A stretch of 64,000 bases of DNA from assembly GCA_963675595.2 (NCBI GenBank), contig CAXXLZ010000001.1:1216001-1280000 (forward strand), in the 5' to 3' direction. The stretch is from Thermodesulfobacteriota bacterium. Lineage in GTDB: Bacteria; Desulfobacterota; Desulfarculia; JACQYL01. Position numbers and translations under genes: made by a program. Shown piece by piece: positions 9,375-18,835 of this stretch. Position 1 is the first letter of the stretch, and each line of letters begins with the position of its first letter. The notes below the pieces were generated by a model, which saw only the letters and a list, made by a program, of their open reading frames with translations, did not search any database and was not told the DNA's origin.

Positions 9375-10213
9375 TGACCGCACCTGTTCGAGCTCTGGTC
9401 CTGACGGGTTATGGTATCAACTGTGATCATGAAACCGCATACGCTCTCAGACTGGCGGGAGCCGCTCCGGAGCGGGTCCACATCAACGAGCTGACGGGGC
9501 CCACGGGAGACCGCGGCAAGAAGCTCGCCGATCATCATATGTTGGTCTTCGACGGTGGATTCAGTTGGGGGGACGATCACGGCGCCGGTGTTCTTCTGGC
9601 GGCCCGCCTAAGAACCCACATAGGGGAGGAAATCCTTCGTTTTTTGGCTGACGGAAAACTGGTGTTGGGCATCTGCAACGGCTTTCAGGCTCTGGTCAAT
9701 CTGGGTTTGCTTCCCGGAATCGCCGGAGATTACACGAAACGGTCGGTGGCTCTGACCTGGAACGACTGTGGAAACTTCCAGGACCGATGGGTTCGCATGA
9801 CCGTGAATTCGCAATCTCCCTGCGTTTTCACTCAAGGCTTCACCGAACTGGAACTGCCGATTCGACATGGCGAGGGGAAGCTCGTGGCGGAGGAAAGCAT
9901 CCTGGACCACATGGAAACCGAGGGGCAGATCGTGCTGCAATATGCCCGCGAGGACGGTTCCCTCGCCGGAGGTGTCTTTCCGGACAATCCCAACGGCTCT
10001 CTGCGCGACGTGGCGGGAATCTGCGATCCCACGGGAAGAGTATTCGGCTTAATGCCCCACCCCGAAGCCTATAATCACCTGACGAACCATCCCCGATGGA
10101 CGTGGGATGCGGAGCTGAGGCGGCGAAGAGGTGAGGCCCTCACCTCCGAGGAGGGCATCGGCATACAGCTCCTGCGCAACGGGGTGGAATACATCAAGCG
10201 AAACCTCATATAG
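9374..10213 (+). CDS. purQ: FGAM synthase glutaminase subunit PurQ
   Basis: GYGINCD, GGFSWGD, LGICNGFQ, HGEG, NPNGS, GLMPHPE. Confidence 0.96.
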   Translation: MTAPVRALVLTGYGINCDHETAYALRLAGAAPERVHINELTGPTGDRGKKLADHHMLVFDGGFSWGDDHGAGVLLAARLRTHIGEEILRFLADGKLVLGICNGFQALVNLGLLPGIAGDYTKRSVALTWNDCGNFQDRWVRMTVNSQSPCVFTQGFTELELPIRHGEGKLVAEESILDHMETEGQIVLQYAREDGSLAGGVFPDNPNGSLRDVAGICDPTGRVFGLMPHPEAYNHLTNHPRWTWDAELRRRRGEALTSEEGIGIQLLRNGVEYIKRNLI

Positions 10214-10231
10214 TTTTTCGGGAGGTATGAC

Positions 10232-10954
10232 ATGTCCGCCAATACCCTCACTTTTTGGGGCCATGCGTTTTTTGAGATCATCACCGCGCCGGGCAAACGA
10301 ATCCTGTTGGATCCATGGGTTGTGGGCAATCCCCTTTGTCCATTGGAAGGCATCGAAGACCTGAATCCGGACCTTGTACTGGTGACCCACGATCATGCGG
10401 ATCACGTGGGACAAGCGGGAGAGATCGTCGGACAAAGCAATGCCGTGCTCATCGCCAACGTGGAAACCGCTGCGCGAATCATGCGGGATTCCGAACTCCC
10501 ACCGGAACGGGTTCTCTTCGGGGGCTACGGAATGAACATTGGGGCCACGGTGGAAATCGACGGCATTCGTGTGACCCAGACTCAAGCCTTCCATTCCTCG
10601 AGCACCGGAGTCGCAACCGGATACATCATCCGTCTCGAGGACGGCGCCACTGTTTACCACGCCGGCGACACGGGATTGTTTGCGAGCATGAAGGTTCTCG
10701 CGGAAACTCACGGAATCGACACGGCCTTGCTTCCCATCGGAAACGTGTTCACCATGGATTCGGTCCAGGCCCTCAAGGCCGTGGAACTCATCCAACCCAA
10801 GCTGGTGATCCCGATGCATTACGGAACGTTTCCGATCTTGACTTCCACCCCGGACGAATTCATCGCGGGCGTCGAGAAAGAGTTTACCCAGGTGGAGGCA
10901 ATGGGGCTCAAACCGGGGGAAAGCATTGAAGTCCTTGGAAAGTCAATGAAATAA
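10232..10954 (+). CDS. Metal-dependent hydrolase, metallo-beta-lactamase fold (UPF0173-like)
   Basis: GHA, LLDPW, THDHADH, YHAGDT, LPIG, IPMHYGTF. Confidence 0.9.
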   Translation: MSANTLTFWGHAFFEIITAPGKRILLDPWVVGNPLCPLEGIEDLNPDLVLVTHDHADHVGQAGEIVGQSNAVLIANVETAARIMRDSELPPERVLFGGYGMNIGATVEIDGIRVTQTQAFHSSSTGVATGYIIRLEDGATVYHAGDTGLFASMKVLAETHGIDTALLPIGNVFTMDSVQALKAVELIQPKLVIPMHYGTFPILTSTPDEFIAGVEKEFTQVEAMGLKPGESIEVLGKSMK

Positions 10955-10988
10955 AGACATCCGATACACGGGCGATCTTTCGTATCCG

Positions 10989-12893
10989 GTGATTCCGATG
11001 TTTTCAAATCTCGTCAGACCTGAGAGATTCCTCGAAGTTTTGGCCCTCTTAGGTCTTTTTCTCTTCTGCCCCCTACCCTACCTTGTGGCGGGTACTCCTC
11101 CCGCACCCGAATCGCAGTTGTATGATGCGGTCAAGTCGCTTCCCGGACTCACGACCCGGCGGATCCAAGAATTGTCCGCAGACCTGAGGCGGAGTTTTTC
11201 CAAAGAAGTCGGGACGGGCGAAACCTTTTCCAACGAGGAACTGGAACTGGTGGGCTCCGTTGTTGACTACGGTCTGTTCAACGAAGTGGATTCCAGGATT
11301 ATCTCGTTGGCGGCGCGGAAAGCATGGGCCGCAAGTAAATTGGGCGCCCCGACCGAAGAGCTGGAAGAACTTTCCGAGGTACTCTTTATGCTTCCGGGCG
11401 CCGGCGTGGCAGAGGTCGCGGCGGCCTCCGGAGCACTCCGGACTTTCAAATCATCTCCCGTGCCCGCATCCGTGTATACCGAGGTGATCAATCATGCTTT
11501 GGAACGTTCCTGGAGACCGGTCGAGATACAGGGAGTGTCCCGAGGCATCGTCCATGCCGTGGAACTGGGATTGAATCCGGAGAAAGCCGCTCTATCCATG
11601 ATGATTCGTGTGGATCAGGGATTGGACGGCGTCTCTATGGAGCGCATGGTTGAAGAAGAACTCTCTTTCATTCGGAGCCTCGAACAGCCTCTCACATCTT
11701 CGTCTCCCGGTGATTTCGAGTCGTCTGCAGGCTCCCTCCCGGCCGGTGTTGCGGCCTTTCAGGGGATGGGCACGGCCATTGAAGCGGGTGTGCCCTCTCA
11801 GCTTGCCGCGGAGGTCGCCCAGGCGGCAATTGAGCGTCACTGGTCGGGGGAGGCAATCCGGGCCATATTCGAAGGTTTGATCCGGGCACGGAGGCTCGGC
11901 CTGACTTTGGAGAGGTTGGCCGTGGCTTTCATGATCCGAATGGATCAAGGACTTGAAGGGGTCCCTCCGCGCCGGATGGTGGAGGAAGAAGTGGAGTTCG
12001 TCCGTGGGATGGAAGCGGAAAAACTGAAAAGACTCCACAAATTTCAAAAACCCATTCGGGACGAGGTTTCTTACGATGTCTCTCGTTACGATAGAGCTTT
12101 TCCGGAGCTGAGAAGCGGAAGAAGAGGGCTTGATGCGGAACTCGCATCGATCCGGCTTGAGGATGCCCGAATCAGTCTCCAGAGGGAAGGAGAAGAGGAG
12201 GCCGTGGAGGAGACTGGAATTCCGGACTCCACTCCTCCCTCCGCGGGACCGGAAGCCGCGTCGAAAGAAGCCGAAGTCGACGCCGGTCCACCGCCGACGA
12301 CCGGCGAGGACGAAGGCAAAGCGCGGTCGGAGAAGACATTGGTGGATGAGGGAGCTGAGGGCGCCGGGACCCCTGAAGCCGATCAGCCGGAACAACGGAA
12401 AGTACAAGTCGAAACCGACGTCGACAAGGCTGTTGAAGCTCCCCCTCCCCCCCGGTTCGTCTCCGCCGTCCCCGACGACCTTGTGGGGCAAGTCTACGGC
12501 GAGCCTGCAAAGGACTCCGCCGAGTCCTTCATGGTTCCTCCCCCTTCAACACCTTACCGATGGGGAGGGAACACCCGAAGGGGTGTGGACTGCTCCGGAT
12601 TCACCAAGACGATCTTTCAGGAGCAGGGAATTCTCATCCCACGGGTATCCCGCCAACAAGCCGAGATGGGCGCTCCGGTGGATATCGACTCTCTGCGCTT
12701 CGGTGACTTGGTGTTTTTCAACAAAGGGGGAAAAGGACGAATCACCCATGTGGGCATGTATTACGGAAACGGGAAATTTGCCCACGCGACCTGCAGCAAG
12801 GGGGTCACGATCAGTCGATTCTTCAAAAACTACTATCAGACCCGCTTCGTCTGCGCGAGACGTATTACGCGCGTCGTATTCGTTGAGCCGTAG
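10989..12893 (+). CDS. Secreted NlpC/P60 (C40) peptidase with duplicated helical domain and acidic linker
   Basis: Hydrophobic N-terminal signal; TPYRWGG, VDCSGF, GDLVFF, HVGMY, FAHA. Confidence 0.85.
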   Translation: MIPMFSNLVRPERFLEVLALLGLFLFCPLPYLVAGTPPAPESQLYDAVKSLPGLTTRRIQELSADLRRSFSKEVGTGETFSNEELELVGSVVDYGLFNEVDSRIISLAARKAWAASKLGAPTEELEELSEVLFMLPGAGVAEVAAASGALRTFKSSPVPASVYTEVINHALERSWRPVEIQGVSRGIVHAVELGLNPEKAALSMMIRVDQGLDGVSMERMVEEELSFIRSLEQPLTSSSPGDFESSAGSLPAGVAAFQGMGTAIEAGVPSQLAAEVAQAAIERHWSGEAIRAIFEGLIRARRLGLTLERLAVAFMIRMDQGLEGVPPRRMVEEEVEFVRGMEAEKLKRLHKFQKPIRDEVSYDVSRYDRAFPELRSGRRGLDAELASIRLEDARISLQREGEEEAVEETGIPDSTPPSAGPEAASKEAEVDAGPPPTTGEDEGKARSEKTLVDEGAEGAGTPEADQPEQRKVQVETDVDKAVEAPPPPRFVSAVPDDLVGQVYGEPAKDSAESFMVPPPSTPYRWGGNTRRGVDCSGFTKTIFQEQGILIPRVSRQQAEMGAPVDIDSLRFGDLVFFNKGGKGRITHVGMYYGNGKFAHATCSKGVTISRFFKNYYQTRFVCARRITRVVFVEP

Positions 12894-12990
12894 TCCGATC
12901 CGACGAGGTCGAAGAATTCCGGTCGGCTACCCGTCCCCCTCTCCCACCAGAGGTTTCCCGTTTTGTAGGTGGTTCCTTGTGAGGATCGGC

Positions 12991-14976
12991 TTACCAATCG
13001 GGAGCCGGAAACACCGGAGACAGGACGTAGTTTTCCGTGGCGCCCGATGTAGGAGTCAATTGCATCACATACTGATTCCCGCTGCTAGGGGAAACGGTGA
13101 GGGAATATCCCTTACCGGCGAGGTCGGACGGGACATCCAGAGATGTGGCCGCGTCTGGGACCAGAAAAACCGTCCACTTAACCAAGTCCGGCGTGAAAAT
13201 CAATATGGCCGAGCCCACCTCGTAATTTTGCATGTAGAGGTTGTTGGGAGCGGTTCCCGCAGCCTCCTTGTAGATTCCGTCTCCCCACGGCGAATTCGCC
13301 GAAGCGGCGAAAACCCTTTGCAGGGACCATGTGGACGACGTCCCGTCGCCGTAATCCAAGGTCGCGGCCGCCGAGTCGTCGCTCAGGAAGTGAAGACTTA
13401 GAGTGCGGCCCATTCCCGTCAGGTCCTGGAATTGACTGACCCCGTCCGCCCAGTCGGAATCGATGAAAACGTACCACTTCGCCAGATCCGGAGTCAGAAT
13501 GACCAGGACCGAGCCCGCAGTGTACGTCTGGATATACGCGTTGATGGTCACAGCGGCGTCTTTGAACAATCCGTCCACTTTCGTGGCTTGCCCTGCCGGA
13601 ACTACGTTGATGGTCACATCGTCCGTCGCTTTGTTCCCCGAGGAGTCGGTAACCGTCACTCGGAACACGAGCGTCGCGGTATCGGCGGGAGCGGTGAAAG
13701 ATGATCGAATTTCGTCGGGATCGGACAAAATGACCGCCGTGCCCGCCGTCTGCAGCCATCCATAACTCACAATGTCATTGTCCGGATCGCTGGAGGCGGA
13801 TGCATCCAATTGCACCACGGACTCCGGAAAGACGGTCAGGTCGGGGCCGGCATCCGCTACGGGGGGCTCTCCCGTTATGCTTTGTACGATCGTCACACCT
13901 ACCGAATCCGTTGACGAAAGGCCGTCGGGATCCGTAACCGTCAACCGGAAATACAGGACCGTTCCCGAAAGGCCTGCGAGGGGAGCCGTAAACGTGGGCG
14001 TGGAGGCGGTGGCGTCGGAGAGGATCACGAGGACCCCACCCGTTTGTTCCCAAAAGAACGTCAGAGAATCCCCGTCCGGATCCGAAGAGCCGGAACCGTC
14101 CAGTTGGACCGTCGAATTTTGCGCCGCCGTGAAATCCGTTCCCGCATTCGCTGTAGGCGGTTGGTTTTCGGAGTCCTGCACCACCTCGACCTGCATTTCG
14201 TCGGAGTCCGACAGGCCCCCGTCATCCGTAACCGTGATGCGGAAATCCATTGAAGACCCCTCCGCCTCTACTTGGGGAGCGGTGAAACTCGCACTGACGG
14301 TACTCGCGTTGTTCAGTTGTACGGAAGGCCCAGCGATCTGTTCCCACAGGTAGGCAACGATGGCGCCGTCGGAATCCGTACTGCCCGATCCGTCCAATGT
14401 TACTTGGGAGCCCGAAACCACCGTCCTGTCCGGACCGGCCGCGGCGACGGGCGGAAGATTACCCGATGGATCCACCAGCAGGGCGTCCCCAATGGTGTCT
14501 ACGACCAATGGCGTTCCCTTGGAGACCAGGACCTGGACGTCGTTGAGGTCCAACAGACCACCCTCTTGAGAGATAACGGTGAAGGAGACCGTGGCCAAGG
14601 TGCCCGAGCCGTTGGGACCTGCCGGATCTTTCGGATAGCCGACGGCGGAAAACAGGACGTAGCCTTCGTCGTCCTCGACAACCGGAAACGGAAGAGTCGA
14701 TTTCCCGGTGCTTCCCAGGAAAGGCCCCAAAGTCACTTGATCTTCCCCCGTTACGGAAACCACACCCGGGTCGTAATCGATTCGGAATTCGAATCCTCCC
14801 AGGTCCGTAACGCCCTCGATGACGACATCCACATCGAAGGAGCTTTGCGCCGCCGGCAGGATGACCGAGGCCGGTTCCAGGCGTACGGTCAAAGCACATA
14901 CGGATCCAGCCCCCATCCAGAGAAGAAGCATGAGGAGACAAAGCCCTCGGACAACCCAAGGTTGGAAGAATTTCAT
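12991..14976 (-). CDS. Secreted cohesin + 3x PKD/Ig-like + tandem unknown C-terminal domain protein
   Basis: Signal peptide; cohesin-like VDVVIEGVTDLGGFEFRIDYDP...GSGTLATVSF; three PP(V/T)A(A/N/D)AG.D..LD(G/A)S.S.D modules. Confidence 0.85.
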   Translation of the reverse strand: MKFFQPWVVRGLCLLMLLLWMGAGSVCALTVRLEPASVILPAAQSSFDVDVVIEGVTDLGGFEFRIDYDPGVVSVTGEDQVTLGPFLGSTGKSTLPFPVVEDDEGYVLFSAVGYPKDPAGPNGSGTLATVSFTVISQEGGLLDLNDVQVLVSKGTPLVVDTIGDALLVDPSGNLPPVAAAGPDRTVVSGSQVTLDGSGSTDSDGAIVAYLWEQIAGPSVQLNNASTVSASFTAPQVEAEGSSMDFRITVTDDGGLSDSDEMQVEVVQDSENQPPTANAGTDFTAAQNSTVQLDGSGSSDPDGDSLTFFWEQTGGVLVILSDATASTPTFTAPLAGLSGTVLYFRLTVTDPDGLSSTDSVGVTIVQSITGEPPVADAGPDLTVFPESVVQLDASASSDPDNDIVSYGWLQTAGTAVILSDPDEIRSSFTAPADTATLVFRVTVTDSSGNKATDDVTINVVPAGQATKVDGLFKDAAVTINAYIQTYTAGSVLVILTPDLAKWYVFIDSDWADGVSQFQDLTGMGRTLSLHFLSDDSAAATLDYGDGTSSTWSLQRVFAASANSPWGDGIYKEAAGTAPNNLYMQNYEVGSAILIFTPDLVKWTVFLVPDAATSLDVPSDLAGKGYSLTVSPSSGNQYVMQLTPTSGATENYVLSPVFPAPDW

Positions 14977-15345
14977 ACGCTGGTACTCCCTTGGACGGGA
15001 AAACGCCGGAAACCGACACCGGAGCCGATACGCCGAGCAAACAATGCGAGGTGAATAACCGTCAGGATATCATCTCCACCGACTTGAGGCAATCACATCC
15101 CTTCCGGTCACTTCGCCTCCCGTAACGGACAGGCGCGGGTTCGAAGCGGCAAAGCGGAGCCCTCCGGATACGTTCATTCCCTTTACCCACGAAATGCTTT
15201 CTGCTATAGAATCCGCGCATTCGTCGACCTAACTCACACCATCGGCCGACGGCCGGCGGACTCCCGAGATCGAGTGAAGCGCGTTCTTCCGAACCGTCTT
15301 GAATCGGTACTCCATACTTTGCCCTCGAAAAGGTAGTAAAAAAAC

Positions 15346-16914
15346 ATGAACATCCCGTTTATCTTAGAAAAAGCGCTCGAATTATACGCCGACAAGGAAG
15401 CCGTGGTATGCAGAGACCATCGCTTCACCTACCAGGCCTTTGCCGAAAGAACTTTCGGTCTCGCCCGTTTTCTCAAATCCCTCGGAGTGAGAAAAGGTGA
15501 TCGCCTGGCGATTCTTCATCAGAACAGTCACGAATATATCGAGACCTATTTTGCCTCCGCCCGGCTCGGAGCGGTACTGAACCCTTTGAATTTTCGCCTT
15601 TCCCCGCTGGAGCTTGCCTTCATTCTGAACGATTCCAGCGCGAAGGTACTGGTGGCCGCACCTCGATTCGCTGCTCAAGTGCAGGCATTGGCCGGCCTGG
15701 AAACCGTGGTTGAGCATATCGTTTGGACTGAGGAAGAAGCCCCGTCGGGCCGCTTCGCCTCGCACGACTATGAGAAAGCCGTCGGCGCTCACGTCGGGGA
15801 TCCCCTTGAGGTTCCACCCATGTCCGACGACGATCTCGCTCATCTCTATTACACCAGTGGGACCACGGGGAAACCCAAAGGGGTGATGTTGACCCATAAG
15901 AATGTTTGCACCCATGCCCTGTGCACTATCGGCGAACTCGGTCTAAGGGATGCGGACCATTGGATTCATGCCGCTCCCCTTTTCCATCTGGCCGACGCCT
16001 GGGCCTCTTTCGCCATCACCTGGGTAGGCGGCAAGCATGTCATCGTTCCGGATTTCAAGCCGGAGGAGGTGCTTCGCACCATCGAGGGGGAACGTGTGAC
16101 CATTACCAACATGGTGCCGACCATGTTGAATCTTCTGGTCAATACTCCCGGGGTCGAGGGGTGCGACTTCTCGAGCCTGAGAGCCATACTCAGCGGCGGC
16201 GCTCCCATCGCCCCGGAGGTGGTTCGGAAGATCATGGCCACCTTCAAATGCGACTACATCCAGACGTACGGCATGACCGAAACGAGCCCCTACCTGACGC
16301 TCTCGATCCTCAAAGAGGAACTCGAGCATCTGCCCGAAGAGGAGCGTTTCGTCTACAAAGCGAAGACCGGTAGGCCTTTTATCGGGGTTCTCCTCAAGGT
16401 GGTCAGGGAAGACGGCTCCGGCATCGCTCCGGACGGTCGGGAGGTGGGTGAAATCATAGTCAAAGGAGATTCGGTGACGCCCGGCTATTGGAATCGCCCC
16501 GATGAAACCGCCAAAGCTCTGCGGGATGGATGGCTTCATACAGGGGATTTGGCCGTCTTGGACACCGAGGGTTATGTGAATATCGTGGACCGCAAGAAGG
16601 ACATGATCATCACGGGCGGCGAAAACGTGTACTCGGTTGAAGTGGAATACGTTCTCTACACGCACCCGGCGGTACTCGAGGCGGCGGTCATCGGCGTACC
16701 CGACCCGAAGTGGGGCGAGGCCGTTCAGGCCTTTGTGGTGTTGAAAGAGGGTCAAGACTTACACGAGGAAGAGCTGATCCGGCACTGCAAGGAGCGGATC
16801 GCAAGCTATAAGGCGCCCAAGTCGGTCTTGTTCGTAAGTGAACTGCCGAAAACGGGATCGGGAAAAATCTATAAGAAGGGCCTCCGGGAACCGGCCTCGG
16901 CAACGCCGGCGTGA
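15346..16914 (+). CDS. Long-chain acyl-CoA synthetase (AMP-binding, FadD-like)
   Basis: YTSGTTGKPKG, YGMTE, GWLHTGD, IVDRKKDMIITGGENV, PKTGSGKI. Confidence 0.93.
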   Translation: MNIPFILEKALELYADKEAVVCRDHRFTYQAFAERTFGLARFLKSLGVRKGDRLAILHQNSHEYIETYFASARLGAVLNPLNFRLSPLELAFILNDSSAKVLVAAPRFAAQVQALAGLETVVEHIVWTEEEAPSGRFASHDYEKAVGAHVGDPLEVPPMSDDDLAHLYYTSGTTGKPKGVMLTHKNVCTHALCTIGELGLRDADHWIHAAPLFHLADAWASFAITWVGGKHVIVPDFKPEEVLRTIEGERVTITNMVPTMLNLLVNTPGVEGCDFSSLRAILSGGAPIAPEVVRKIMATFKCDYIQTYGMTETSPYLTLSILKEELEHLPEEERFVYKAKTGRPFIGVLLKVVREDGSGIAPDGREVGEIIVKGDSVTPGYWNRPDETAKALRDGWLHTGDLAVLDTEGYVNIVDRKKDMIITGGENVYSVEVEYVLYTHPAVLEAAVIGVPDPKWGEAVQAFVVLKEGQDLHEEELIRHCKERIASYKAPKSVLFVSELPKTGSGKIYKKGLREPASATPA

Positions 16915-16935
16915 ACCCCGCCGAAGATATGTTCC

Positions 16936-16964
16936 GAGGAAAGGGCGGCATCCGCCCTTTCCTC
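16936..16964. terminator. Hairpin between convergent genes, probable bidirectional terminator
   Basis: GAGGAAAGGGCGG-CAT-CCGCCCTTTCCTC, perfect 13-bp stem. Confidence 0.75.
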
Positions 16965-16977
16965 TTCTCGAATTCCT

Positions 16978-18399
16978 TTACTGAGTGATTCGTATGTTCG
17001 GATACAGCCCTTTTAGTTCGCCTTCTCGGTAGGGTTGGATCAAATTGAAAGAGATGTTCCGCCCCTTTTGGGCGTGCCCCACACTCGCTTCGGACTCGTA
17101 GTATGCTCCGTTGGCCTCCAAGATGTGTTCGATCCGACGCTGAAACGCCCTCACGAACTTGGAGCCGTCGCCCGAGAAAGTCATTCTTCCGCGATTCAAA
17201 GTGCCTTTGACTGCAGCGAGCTTTTCCACCCCGATGGTATGTTCCTTCAGGTCTTCGGCGTTTCGGATGTAGCCCCATACAAAACTGTTGGGGGGCACCT
17301 CCACCGGTTCCACCAAATCGATGATCGTATGCGGCATCACAATGCATTCCTCGCCGATGCTCAAGGGTGCATCTTCTCCCCCACGCAGAAAAGAGTTGAA
17401 CCCCACGAAGGTCTTCTCCCCCAGGCGAGCATTGAATATCTTTCCACCATGGGCGGTTACGTTATATCCTTCGAGGCGTGAGTCAATAATATAGCAGTTT
17501 TCCTGGGCGTTGGAACCGATGCCCAAGGCGGCGTTTTCAAGATAGGCGCGCTGGCACACGAGAACTTTTTCTCCAATGCTGCATTGTCCCTTGATTCGCG
17601 CATAACGGCTCAGAGAAGAGCTCGAAGGAACCCCCGGGGGAGGCTGGAGATTGACCTTATCGAACAATTCCTCGAAATCCTTTTTACAGGTTTCGACGAA
17701 CTCCATGAAAAACCCTTCCGGGTCCCGGCCCGGTTCCAACCGGATGTAGTCTTCGAGGACTTCCCGGGGAATCAGATATCGGAACTCGAAGTCATTTCCC
17801 GATCGGATCCAGATTCGCCCCGCCTCCACAACGGAGTGGGCGAGTTCTCCCACCTGAACATAGGCGAAGTCGCCGATCACGCTGTCATGCAGGGTGGTCA
17901 GGTCAACCGTGCTGAAAGGCCCCAAAAAGCTGCCTTCCGTCGGCGCCCCGTGAATGTTCGCGTAGGGCATGGACACGGTGTTTTGAATGAGGAACTCTTC
18001 CGGGCTCTCCGGATCATGTGAGTTGTTGTGCACCAGGGTCTTGGTGAGGAAGCTGTCCCTGATGCGAATAACCTCATCCTCGTGAAGCGGTATACTAAGC
18101 CCTTCGAAAGCAAAGGTTTCGCCTCGACTCTTCAACTCGTCGCCGCGGATATCGCTTTTATAGACCAGAGAGTGGCTCACCAGGCATTTCCCCAGGAAAT
18201 AACTGCCTGCCACATTCGATCGGTGAAAATGGAAGTCCAGCGGGTGCGTAGCCGTAAGACCGTAGAAAGCGTAAAATTTGAGCAGCTTGTCATTGGGGAT
18301 CAAATGGCGGATGTAGGGTCCCACGTCAAAAGCGGGTTCCCGCAGATTCACATTCACTCGATCAATGATTCGATCGATGAGTTTTTCAATTTGGTTCAT
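16978..18399 (-). CDS. Hexapeptide-repeat (left-handed beta-helix) protein, gamma-carbonic anhydrase/acyltransferase-like
   Basis: Hexapeptide-like runs (ANIHGAPTEGSFLGPFSTVD; AHGGKIFNARLGEKTFVGFNS...IGEECIVMPHTII). Confidence 0.7.
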   Translation of the reverse strand: MNQIEKLIDRIIDRVNVNLREPAFDVGPYIRHLIPNDKLLKFYAFYGLTATHPLDFHFHRSNVAGSYFLGKCLVSHSLVYKSDIRGDELKSRGETFAFEGLSIPLHEDEVIRIRDSFLTKTLVHNNSHDPESPEEFLIQNTVSMPYANIHGAPTEGSFLGPFSTVDLTTLHDSVIGDFAYVQVGELAHSVVEAGRIWIRSGNDFEFRYLIPREVLEDYIRLEPGRDPEGFFMEFVETCKKDFEELFDKVNLQPPPGVPSSSSLSRYARIKGQCSIGEKVLVCQRAYLENAALGIGSNAQENCYIIDSRLEGYNVTAHGGKIFNARLGEKTFVGFNSFLRGGEDAPLSIGEECIVMPHTIIDLVEPVEVPPNSFVWGYIRNAEDLKEHTIGVEKLAAVKGTLNRGRMTFSGDGSKFVRAFQRRIEHILEANGAYYESEASVGHAQKGRNISFNLIQPYREGELKGLYPNIRITQ

Positions 18400-18696
18400 G
18401 CTGTCTCCCTAAGGCATGTTTCGCCGTGTTTCCATCTGATTTTACTTTTCCGTGTTTCACGTTTATCTTCGTCCGAAAGCGTTTTCAACTCCAATCGGTC
18501 CCACCCGCACACAAGGGGAGGCGAAATTTCCAAGATTGAAAATTCGTCCCGAATATTCCTCCGAATGAACGGAACAAGGGGTCCCTCGGCACCTCACTTC
18601 CTTTCGTCTTTTCGGCATCATCGGCATTGTTCGTTGTGCCTTCCCAGAGGAGCCTTTGTAACTCCTTAAGATTCAACCATTTTTAGTGGGCTCGCC

Positions 18697-18725
18697 TTGA
18701 CCGACCACAAGCCTGTGTCTATATT
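18697..18725 (+). promoter_or_regulatory. sigma70-like promoter
   Basis: TTGACC-N17-TATATT upstream of the M16 pair. Confidence 0.65.
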
Positions 18726-18835
18726 ATTAAAATTTACCGGGTAACGAGATTTCACGACCCTACTCGGTGTGGCCGAATCCCGGAGCGATGGAAGTACCGA
18801 AATTCGATCTAATCTTTGGACCTATGGAAGCCCTG

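Noticed and set aside
12130-13401. 423-aa plus-strand ORF spanning the NlpC/P60 and cohesin genes
   Set aside because: Arg/Pro/Ser-rich off-frame shadow of two well-supported genes
15120-15180. GGGTTCGAAGCGGCAAAGCGGAGCCC hairpin as tRNA fragment or c-di-GMP riboswitch
   Set aside because: No cloverleaf and no second GCAAA/GAAA element at the required spacing
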